A stretch of 64,000 nt of DNA, taken from the IMG/VR virus record IMGVR_UViG_3300023218_000062. One strand, written 5' to 3'. A model generated the notes under the pieces. That model was given only the letters and a program-made list of their open reading frames with translations. It did no database searches and was not told the DNA's origin. The position numbers and the translations under genes are program-made. This stretch comes from a virus. Its lineage: Duplodnaviria > Caudoviricetes. The number at the start of each line of letters is the position of its first letter. The first letter of the stretch is position 1. Shown piece after piece: positions 19,357 through 28,571 of this stretch.

Positions 19357-19524
19357 GTTTTAAGAGTGACTTTAACACTGGCCTTTCATTTTAGCTTTCG
19401 CTCACATTTTAGATTGTTGCCGGTCACACTTTCCTCGGGGGATATTGGATGAATTGATGAATGGTGCGGGTCAATAACCCAATCCTGAAATCACGAAGAT
19501 CAAGTTAGAGTCACTCTTAAAACA
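19356..19524 (+). ncRNA. Candidate ~170-nt RNA closed by a 21-bp stem
   Basis: TGTTTTAAGAGTGACTTTAAC (19356-19376) pairs with GTTAGAGTCACTCTTAAAACA (19504-19524) with one G-U pair; starts just after a promoter and contains no ORF. Confidence 0.5.
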
Positions 19525-20061
19525 TTTTTAAACATCGGAGCTATGTAATGTCTAAACGACTCGAAGCATTAAGCGAAAAGGTTCGAAAAGGTATTCCCAT
19601 CAACTTTGCAGAAGGCATCGAAGTTATTGAATATCAGGAGCGGTTGCAGGCAGACCGAGAGCGAAAACGTAACAAGACTGTAATAGGCAGACTAATAAAC
19701 TGGATTCAACATAGATACGGGATATAAAAATGAGAACTCTAGAACAAATCGAACAGGAATATCGGAGAGTTAGTGATATTCTTTCATGGGAACCTGTTAC
19801 GGAAGAAGGTTTGTTAGAACTTCCCTTTCCAGACGTCGTATGAATAACAGATTTGTGCGAGGTCGCCTTACTCGGGATCGTTCCGGTACTGTTAGTGTCA
19901 ACATCGATCATACCATGTTGGCATGTAATTTAAATGATGCAATCAGAGCACTACACACCGAAGCAGGTGAAGTGTATTTGAACAATGTTTGACAAATCTG
20001 ACAAAATGAGGTTGAAGATGAATTTGAATGGGATGATTTTATTGAAAGTATTCGTATTAGT

Positions 20062-21145
20062 TTGATAGATAAATTCTCTTCTTTTCGTGTAACTGATAAG
20101 TGGTTGGATCGTGAATCACATGCAATTCTTGAAAACGATTTCGGAACCGTAACGGTTAATGAATATTGCGGCATGGCTGCTATTAGTTTTGTTCCTGTTG
20201 ATTATTCTACCGTTGCACCATATCGGTATGAAACACTTCGTCAAGAAAATTTGTGCTTCGGTTGGATGCGTCAAATTGAACATACATGGAGAAAAATTAT
20301 TGGTCAACATGGAACTTCATTTAATTTACATGGATTTATGTCGAATGGTGTGGGAGTATTTGTAAGAGAATAATTTAACAAATACCCCTTGACAAATCTG
20401 AAATCTATTGTATAATTGTTTCATCATTTTTATAAAGGAACCATAATGTCACCTGATGCAGAATATGTTTTTCATCATATTGACTAATTCAATCGTATGT
20501 GGCATACTATTAAAAATCTATCTAATGGAGATATTAAATGTTTACACTTCAAGATTGCTTCAATGCTGCATGGCACCATTTTATCGAAAATCAAAATCCT
20601 CCATCGGTCTCGTTAGGGGTATGGAGCGATGGTAAATACAAACCAGTGTATAATAATGGCACAAATAAATGTGCAATCGGTCTATTGACTGATGATCTTA
20701 AATATTGGGATGGTAGCATTCAAGAGTTATTTACGGAACAGAAAAAGGAATTCAAGGATCTCATACAACAGTTTAATGTTAATTCAGTCATAGAGGGTAT
20801 TGAAGCATGGCAGGAAGCGCAAAATAGGCTCCATGATGATCTTATTAACTACACAACTGGTGAATGGGCTTGTTCATTTCAAGAGCGTAAAGATAGCTAT
20901 ATTCAGTTTGCGCAGGAATTTGCTTTGAAAATCCCGAATGAACATTAACCATGAACATTAATGAAGTTTACGAAAATTTGTGCATTAGGGATTCCAGAAA
21001 TCCGATGTATGATGCATTGAAGGGTCCATATGATACCATGCCTGACCCTAGAATCAATTGTGCGTGCGACAATTGTTTCTATGGTAGAGACAGATTAGCT
21101 CTTGAAATTATTCGATTGCGTATGAAATTGAATTTATATCATTAG
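20062..21145 (+). CDS. Small early hypothetical ORFs (20062-20373 probably a truncated start, 20538-20948, 20951-21145)
   Basis: Co-oriented with sigma70 promoters (e.g. TTGACA ~20389...TATAAT) and GGAG RBS; 20951 ORF has CACDNC. Confidence 0.55.
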
Positions 21146-21420
21146 CGGTCAACAAACTTTTCGATACCTGATATAAATATATCATCATACATGAGGACTT
21201 TCTGGAAACTGGTGTGATACTGGCATTATATTATTAGTTAAGCGCCCTTATACCCCCTCAAACCCCCTAACGTATCGTTAGGGGTTTAATGTATCTCATT
21301 CTTAACAGTATCCCGTTTAATGTACAGAATGAGATATATTATTATATTTTCAAATTTTTATTGCATTGTTTGGCTAGCCATGATACAATATACTCACATT
21401 CACTAATCAGAGAAACTTAA

Positions 21421-21699
21421 ATGTCTGCCGAAGTTGTCAACGGACGTTTCATGGTTTGTGTTGATTGCGCTATGTTCATCGCTAATGATGATCTTAGCAG
21501 ACTTGATTACCATTTTCTTCCTGATGAAGCGGAACAGCGTGAAATCGCTATCCGTAATAGTGTTCAACATCAAATCAATCAGGGAAATCATATTGTTATG
21601 AGAAATTCTGATGATGATATTGAATTTTCCAAAAGTCCTTGTGATTGTTGTGCCGATCATTTACATGGATATCGTCACCATGCGGTTTTACTTAAATGA
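21421..21699 (+). CDS. Small Cys-motif hypothetical protein
   Basis: CVDC and CDCC motifs; shared leader CACATTCACTAATCAGAG upstream. Confidence 0.7.
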   Translation: MSAEVVNGRFMVCVDCAMFIANDDLSRLDYHFLPDEAEQREIAIRNSVQHQINQGNHIVMRNSDDDIEFSKSPCDCCADHLHGYRHHAVLLK

Positions 21700-21713
21700 G
21701 AACCATTCTCATT
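21695..21713. promoter_or_regulatory. Fur-box-like palindrome (repeated by the tandem array)
   Basis: AATGAGAA-CCA-TTCTCATT; 11/14 match to the 7-1-7 TGATAAT-N-ATTATCA Fur consensus. Confidence 0.5.
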
Positions 21714-21783
21714 TGACAATAAGAACCATTCTCATTTGACAATAAGAACCATTCTCATTTGACAATAAGAACCATTCTCATTT
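21699..21783. repeat. Tandem repeat, 23-bp unit AGAACCATTCTCATTTGACAATA x3.7
   Basis: Identical units at 21699, 21722, 21745 and a partial unit at 21768; no spacers. Confidence 0.97.
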
Positions 21784-21984
21784 AACCTTATCTCGATTCA
21801 ACCCTAGATAGTAACATGTAACATCCTGTAAATGCAAGACTTTTTTCATCCTATCCTAGGGCCTTTATCATATCCTGATACCGTTGTCAAGTAATTTTTA
21901 AAAAATTAATTTTTAAATTTCTATTGACAACGCTTTATATCTAAGCGATAATATTTGCACATTCACTGATAAAGGTAACTCGTT

Positions 21985-22293
21985 ATGCGAAAGATTGAAC
22001 AACAAATGATTGAAGCCATTCAAAACAAGCGCAATTGGAAGTCTGGCAATACTTCGGTCGAATACTTACCAGAAATTGAAACAGTTACGCGGGCACGTAT
22101 TGAAATGGCAAAAGTTTATCTTTTCGGTAACTGTATTGCTACCTATTCTTATTATAATAATACGGCTTATATCGTTGCCAGTACGCTTGTAAAATGGCCT
22201 ACTGTTACAACCTTTTCTCGCCTTCGTGCTCTTGGGTTTGATCCTAAATCGGAACTCAAGAGAATTGCAAATAACATACAGGATGCAGCATGA
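21985..22293 (+). CDS. Hypothetical early protein
   Basis: Promoter TTGACA(~21924)-N17-GATAAT, shared leader, AAAGG RBS. Confidence 0.8.
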   Translation: MRKIEQQMIEAIQNKRNWKSGNTSVEYLPEIETVTRARIEMAKVYLFGNCIATYSYYNNTAYIVASTLVKWPTVTTFSRLRALGFDPKSELKRIANNIQDAA

Positions 22294-22448
22294 AAAACAA
22301 TTATCGCAAACTAACCAAGAAACAATGGTATGACCTTGGCGGCTTTGCCACTCCATCATTGTTTCGTCGTGACCGTGGCAAGGGATGGGAATACTATCAG
22401 GATACAGACCACCCTGCTAGTGATTATAACTATAGTGAATAAAGAATC

Positions 22449-22471
22449 GGGGCTTCGGCCCCTTTTCTTTT
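22449..22471 (+). terminator. Intrinsic terminator with cUUCGg tetraloop
   Basis: GGGGC-TTCG-GCCCC followed by TTTTCTTTT. Confidence 0.9.
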
Positions 22472-22606
22472 ATCCTACTCTAGAGCCTTTATCATACAAT
22501 CAAAACAATTGCAACCCATAAATGAAATAATTTATTTTAAATAAGTATTGACTCTTCTGAAAATATCAGTATAATTGTTTACATCATTTCAATAAGGGAA
22601 ATAGTT

Positions 22607-22910
22607 ATGGAAAATGTAAATTTTGCTGGTTTTGAGTCCACCGTTGAATTTGCCACGTATTCGAATGGGCGCACCGCTATTCAGCTTTGTGATGCAAACG
22701 ATGGCCAGCCAATTGCTACGGCAACAGTCAACCTTCCCGATGAACCGATGGCTGAGGATGAGGCTGATATCAAGAACTATAGCGAAAACTCTGGCATATT
22801 AGATGCTTTAATAGACGCTGGGGGTGATTGCCCGCCCGCATCGTGAAATCCCTAGGGGCTTCGTCACCATACCAGTCTGCACCCTTCTGGTCAATCCAAC
22901 TCAATCCTAG
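22607..22910 (+). CDS. Hypothetical early protein (probable +1 indel in G5 run 22820-22824)
   Basis: Removing one G gives ...LIDAGVIARPHREIPRGFVTIPVCTLLVNPTQS*, ending just before the terminator at 22929. Confidence 0.6.
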
Positions 22911-22928
22911 TCAGTGAATGGTCTAGGT

Positions 22929-22954
22929 GGGCACGGTTTTCCGTGCCCTTTTTT
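22929..22954 (+). terminator. Intrinsic terminator
   Basis: GGGCACGG-TTTT-CCGTGCCC followed by T6. Confidence 0.9.
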
Positions 22955-23118
22955 AATCCTACTCTAAAGCCTTTATCATATCCTATCCCATGGGGCAACA
23001 ACGTTCGACGGAACTATGTCACAAAAAATTTTACCAATAATTACTAAACCCCTTGCAATCTCTCGAAAAATAATTATAATAGATTCTAACATTCACTAAA
23101 CAAAGGATAGTAGATATT

Positions 23119-23853
23119 ATGCCAAGTCAAGAAATCGTTGAAATTTTCCGGAATCATGGCGTGAACATCACTGCCAACGACAAGAGTACGAAACTGGTCA
23201 GGGTGCTCAAAGAAGAAAACCCTGCATCACTATGGCCCATACTTGAAGAGTTTACTAACAACAAGCCAATCGGCCTTGATGGCTGCAATGAAAGGATGCA
23301 TCATTACACGCTGCAATATGCACTGGTAAGGGCGTTTGAGCAGGACCGTACCAGTATCACTCAAGAAGATATTGACGCTGCCCGTCAAGACGCTGCAAAA
23401 CTCGCTGAATCTCTTTCTACAGGTTCATCTACTCGCGCTGATACAGTAGTCGAAAACGATGATATTGATGATACAGAAAATACCACCAAGGTCGCCAAAA
23501 CTCGAAAACGTGATGCTAGCTTGTATCCATTGATTCTTTCACTTGTCGAAAGCAACATGAAGGCAACACCTAACGAAATTCTCGATATGGTGAAAAAATC
23601 AAAGCCCGACGTTAACGAGTCCACTGCTAAAGTGTACTACAGCAAGGCACGCAATGAACTCAACCTCCCGAAGATCGGTAGGCGTGGCCGTAAGAATTCA
23701 GGTATCTATGACAAGATCAAGGCATTGATTGAAACTAACCCGGCCGCTTATCGTGCTGAAATGATCGAACGCATCGTTAATGAACTTGGAGCCAAGACAG
23801 GCACCGCTCAAGCCTACTACAGCAAGGCAATGAGAGAATTGAGCCTAACCTAG
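23119..23853 (+). CDS. Tandem HTH-like protein (paralog of 15995..16708)
   Basis: TAKVYYSKARNELNL and TAQAYYSKAMREL; own promoter, leader and terminator (23870-23902). Confidence 0.85.
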   Translation: MPSQEIVEIFRNHGVNITANDKSTKLVRVLKEENPASLWPILEEFTNNKPIGLDGCNERMHHYTLQYALVRAFEQDRTSITQEDIDAARQDAAKLAESLSTGSSTRADTVVENDDIDDTENTTKVAKTRKRDASLYPLILSLVESNMKATPNEILDMVKKSKPDVNESTAKVYYSKARNELNLPKIGRRGRKNSGIYDKIKALIETNPAAYRAEMIERIVNELGAKTGTAQAYYSKAMRELSLT

Positions 23854-23929
23854 CTTAAGATCAAAAACTATTCAGGGGGCATCCTATGCCCCCCTGAATT
23901 TTATCCTATTCTAATGCCTTTAACTCATC

Positions 23930-24055
23930 AATATAATCAACATCTATCAATCAATCAGAATTCATGCACAAATCGGATTTACAATTATTTTCAGAAATCG
24001 GTTGACGATCCTGAAAATATCTGTATAATCCTTAATTACATTCACTGATAGGAGA
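23930..24055. repeat. 126-bp promoter/leader direct repeat, copy 1 (copy 2 24456-24581; 74-bp partial copy 24966-25039)
   Basis: Identical sequence AATATAATCAACATC...TTGACGATCCTGAAAATATCTGTATAAT...ACATTCACTGATAGGAGA. Confidence 0.95.
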
Positions 24056-24061
24056 TTACTT

Positions 24062-24337
24062 ATGTATGACCAAGATAACTTGATCGAGATTGGAAACGAA
24101 GCCGTCAAGGCAATCGAAGCGAGCATCGAAGATATGTATCGTGCCATGGAAGACATTAACACGCATTTACTCGGAATGTATGATGCGTTACCTGATTCAA
24201 CCATCAACCATAACGTGAAGGCACTGGACGGCCTTATACCAGCACTGGACGGCCTTATTATTAAAAACGTAAGACCCGGAGTTCTGGAACTTGAACACGA
24301 AATTCATAAACTCAAGCTCAAATTAAGCAAATTGTGA
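24062..24337 (+). CDS. Hypothetical early protein
   Basis: Driven by repeat copy 1 with AGGAG RBS; terminator GCCCCGCT-GTCA-AGCGGGGC-T7 at 24373-24399. Confidence 0.8.
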   Translation: MYDQDNLIEIGNEAVKAIEASIEDMYRAMEDINTHLLGMYDALPDSTINHNVKALDGLIPALDGLIIKNVRPGVLELEHEIHKLKLKLSKL

Positions 24338-24588
24338 ATGAATGAATAGGGTTCCGGCCCTTAGCTCACTTTGCCCCGCTGTCAAGCGGGGCTTTTTTTA
24401 TCCTATTCTAATGCCTTTAACTCATCGTCATCCATTTGTCAATACCCTAAGCAAAAATATAATCAACATCTATCAATCAATCAGAATTCATGCACAAATC
24501 GGATTTACAATTATTTTCAGAAATCGGTTGACGATCCTGAAAATATCTGTATAATCCTTAATTACATTCACTGATAGGAGAAAACAAG

Positions 24589-24843
24589 ATGCAGGAACGA
24601 TTCGACAAGATCATGGAAGCCGGAAACAACGGTCGGTTTTTTTCTGTTCGCTTCATCAAGCGGTCCAATGGTGCGGAACGTTTCATGAACTGCCGTCTTG
24701 GAGTCACGAAACACCTCAAGGGCGGTAACAAGGCATACGATGATAAGGCTCACAATCTTGTCACCGTTTACGATCTTCAAGCCGAAGGGTATCGCTGCAT
24801 TCCATTGGAAAGCATCTTTGAACTTAACGGTGAACCTATCTGA
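24589..24843 (+). CDS. Small beta-rich phage protein (SH3/WYL-like barrel possible)
   Basis: FFSVRFIKRSNGAERFMNCRLGV...VYDLQAEGYRCIPLESI; driven by repeat copy 2. Confidence 0.75.
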   Translation: MQERFDKIMEAGNNGRFFSVRFIKRSNGAERFMNCRLGVTKHLKGGNKAYDDKAHNLVTVYDLQAEGYRCIPLESIFELNGEPI

Positions 24844-24864
24844 TAGGTTCAATCGTATCATCAG

Positions 24865-24895
24865 GAGGATGCGAATCATTCGCATCCTCTTTTTT
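24865..24895 (+). terminator. Intrinsic terminator, duplicated at 25958-25989
   Basis: GAGGATGCGAAT-C-ATTCGCATCCTC followed by a T-run; identical in both places. Confidence 0.9.
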
Positions 24896-25050
24896 ATCCT
24901 AGGGCCTTTAACTCATCATCAACCATTTGTCAAGAACTTTCGACGGAACTGCATTACATAAAAAAATTTACAATTATTTTCAGAAATCGGTTGACGATCC
25001 TGAAAATATCTGTATAATCCTTAATTACATTCACTGATAAGGGTAACACG

Positions 25051-25938
25051 ATGAACGGAAATCAAAAGATTCACAAGATTGTAGCGCAAGCTTTTATAGA
25101 CCAAATCGAAGCAGGCATGGCGGATGGTAAATGGACTGCTCCATGGGCGAAGTTTGCCACAGACTTTCCGACCAATGCAGTGACAAAAAAGACATACCGT
25201 GGTTTCAATATCTTCTCATTGTGGAGCGCTGGATTCTCATCTCCGTATTGGGCTACCTTTAAGCAATGGAAGTCGATTGATGCCACGGTCAAGAAAGGAT
25301 CAAAAGGTTCATTGGTTGTTTTCTGGAAAATCATCGATTCCAAGACTCGATTCGACGCTAACGGCAATCCTGAAAAGGTTCCCTTCCTGCGATTCTCGAA
25401 CGTATTCAATGCCGATCAAGTTGACGGCTGGACCGCTCCGACACTGGAAGATCGTCCTACCCTTTCAACAAATGAAATTCACGCTGAATGCGACGCAATG
25501 ATCGCAGCAACAGGCGCTGAAATCCAGCATGGCGGCAATATGGCCTGTTACATTCCAAGCCATGACCGCATCCTGCTTCCTGAATTCAACGCCTTCCATG
25601 ATGCGGATTCATACTATCAGACCGCATTCCATGAACTGGCGCATTGGACGGGTCATGCTTCACGACTGGACCGCAATCTTTCAACCCGGTTCGGAAGCAA
25701 TGCATATGCTTTGGAAGAACTGCTAGCAGAACTTACAGCAGCCATTGTGGGCGTTCGTATGGGCATTGATGTCACTACCCGCATGGACCATGCAAAGTAT
25801 GTGAAGAGCTGGCTCACAGCGCTTCGTGAACAGCCTGAATGCCTGATGCATATCGCCAGCAAGGCAAGCAAGGTAGCGGATTACCTGATCGAAGGCGAAG
25901 CAGGTGAAACCGAACAGTATCAAGCGCAAGCCGCTTGA
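25051..25938 (+). CDS. ardC: ArdC-family antirestriction protein (ssDNA-binding DUF1738 + zincin-like domain)
   Basis: YRGFNIFSLW, WATFKQWK, VKKGSKGS, VFNADQVDG, ACYIPSHDRI.LP, FHELAHWTGH..RLDR, YALEELLAEL. Confidence 0.93.
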   Translation: MNGNQKIHKIVAQAFIDQIEAGMADGKWTAPWAKFATDFPTNAVTKKTYRGFNIFSLWSAGFSSPYWATFKQWKSIDATVKKGSKGSLVVFWKIIDSKTRFDANGNPEKVPFLRFSNVFNADQVDGWTAPTLEDRPTLSTNEIHAECDAMIAATGAEIQHGGNMACYIPSHDRILLPEFNAFHDADSYYQTAFHELAHWTGHASRLDRNLSTRFGSNAYALEELLAELTAAIVGVRMGIDVTTRMDHAKYVKSWLTALREQPECLMHIASKASKVADYLIEGEAGETEQYQAQAA

Positions 25939-27888
25939 TTAATCATTAGGTACCATTGAGGATGCGAATCATTCGCATCCTCTTTTTTTATCCTACTTTA
26001 GACCCTTTAACTCATCATCAACCATTTGTCAAGAATTTTCAATTACAACTTTATTCTATATCCGCTTGACTAAACGCTATGGTGCATGGTACTATATACT
26101 CGCATTCACTGAAACATTAGAAATCAAATACAATTCCGATATCATTCAGAGCGAAACCGATTTGGTAGACTCTCTTATCAGCGATACCACGTTCGCTTCA
26201 AAACTGCAACGCAAACCAAACTAGCATATCATATTCATTACAATGACCAATGCGACAAAGTGGTTCGATCTGCTATGTTATGGCGCTATAGATCACTTGG
26301 AAAGTAATTGACAATCCGAAAAGTGTCTGTATAATATAGACTACAGCCTAAGCAAACTAAACAGGTATGAAGATGAATGATTCATTGCAACATCAACAAA
26401 TGGAATGGAATGATCTTGAAGAGAGAGTTACTCATCATGATACCATGAAAGAACTCTCACCGTTAGAGTATCAATGGTTGAAAGATTATCGAATGCACTT
26501 CAATAAGATGTGATGTATAACTATACAGTGGAGATATATACAGTACCATAAACACCATATAGAAAAACTGAAAACAAGTTTGGGATTTTTTTTCTTCTGT
26601 ATATTCATACAGTTGACAGGGGCGTACGGGCCGTGCTAAGCAATTGAGCAAATATTGACCACTTTTTTATATAGAAAGTGTCTCGAAAATTTTGATTAGT
26701 CCTACAGGAGAATATTAGACCCTTTTTTATTTTTTATTATTATTTTTTATCATTTGGTAGGATTTTTCACGATTTATAATAATTTGTGATCGTTTTTCAT
26801 AAGTTGTGGCTGTTTTTCATGAATATTGATAGACACAATTTTATTGTATAAACACAATACAATGTTTTGGCATTGATTCTGCTACACAGAATACAAGTTT
26901 CGGTTTTGTATATATGAAAGGGGGGGGTCTTTTATATAAGGGTTTACATATTATCGAAATTTTTTTCTCAGAGTTTTTATCTGGTATGACTTATACTATA
27001 AAAATATTGAAAGATGTTAAAAATCAGTCTATAAATTTGTATAATTATTATATGAAAGTTTTATTTGATGTGATAAACCAGCCGAGGATATTAGTGGTTT
27101 AGATAATAAGTTATCTGCTAAATCTTCTAACAGTGATTCTAAGAAAGCTTCTGATAATGATCCTAAGAAGGAGTCTTCCAATTTGATAGATCGTATTAGT
27201 ACTACACTTAAAAACAATACGTTTTCAGTTAATTTATATGATATGGTAGATTGGTCTGAGCTAGAGGATGGAAGAAACTGAGATGCAATAGAGGGACTAT
27301 CATCAAGAGGGGTCGGAAAATCTGAGAACAGCGAATATGCTTGAAGCTTATATAGAAGGATTGCGTTTAAATAATGCCCTACGAAAAAAGGTATAACATC
27401 TGAGCACATATCTGCAGCAACTACATATTTAAAAGAGCATTTCAATAGTCTGTGGAATTAAGTTTCACCAGACACATTTTTCGTTATACCACTTTGCTAC
27501 TACTGTAGCTACTATAATTTTTGAATTATTTTTTACTTTACAGATAAAGAAACATGGTCCATTATTCGCTACAACGAATTTACCGTAACGTGTAAAGTTT
27601 CTATTCACACAGAACGGTGATTGTTCCCATTTGTCACAAATTCTTCCTTCTTTAACTTTTCTGAAATGATTGAATTCCACATATATTTGGAAGATGCTTT
27701 ACTACTAAGCGTTCCAAGAATCTATTGTATGCGTGATGTGTAACACGAATATTTTTTATTTTAGCGTTTAGCACACAGTTTTTAAGAGAGGTAGTGTTTA
27801 TTATATTTTTCTTTATTTTAAAAATTATTAGTTATATAATTTACGATTAGTATTACAGCAATTGTTGAAGGGGATTGTCAAGCTTCTT

Positions 27889-27929
27889 AAATGATAATGA
27901 TTGTAATTTGGTACTTATTGTGATATACT
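27889..27929 (+). promoter_or_regulatory. Fur-box-like site overlapping a sigma70-like promoter
   Basis: AAATGATAATGATTGTAATTT (27889-27909) overlaps TTGTAA-N17-TATACT. Confidence 0.4.
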
Positions 27930-28571
27930 CATTTGAGATTTGCTGGAAGAAATTGATGGATAAGATAGACAATAGTTACCTATAATTGGAGATGGTTTTT
28001 CGGATAATGATTTTGATAGAATATGTAAAGAGTTATATTTATTTTTAGATGAAGAAAGTCGTGCTATATCGGATGGTATCGGAACTGATATTGAAAAATT
28101 TAATGCATTTTTGTCACAACTTCATCATTCTTATGGTCGTTTTTTAAGGGATGAATTTCATTTATGGAATTCGGACAATCCGATTGTATTGTGGAGCAGG
28201 GAAAAATACGGAATTGATCATGGTGATGATATTTCCAGTATTATTGCTGGGATAGTATTTAATAAAGATCATAAATTCAGAGATTTGGTAATTGATACAT
28301 TAGTTAAGTGATTTCATAAGCATTGGAGGATGTATGGAAACTAAAGACTTGAAGACTATAAGCGCTCTTCAGAAGGCGATTCAATTAGCTCGTATTGCTA
28401 GTGATTGGAATCTTGGTGAAGTTGAGATAGACGAGGAGATGGTTAGTATTCATGAACTAATTGAAGAATTTGAAATGGTTATTAAAGAACTTGATTGAAA
28501 AGCATAGTAGGTAGTAAAACCAGAATGGTTATTGGGATAAATAATATTGACAGAGTTTTCCCGTAAGATAT

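Noticed and set aside
21699-21783. 23-bp repeats as a CRISPR array
   Set aside because: Units are directly adjacent with no spacers, and no cas genes are present.
8195-25929. Numerous antisense ORFs overlapping real early genes (e.g. 8195-8635, 8635-8940, 10106-10977, 16243-16482, 18781-19269, 23385-23624, 25071-25929)
   Set aside because: They are shadows of GC-richer sense genes that have promoters, RBS and recognisable motifs.
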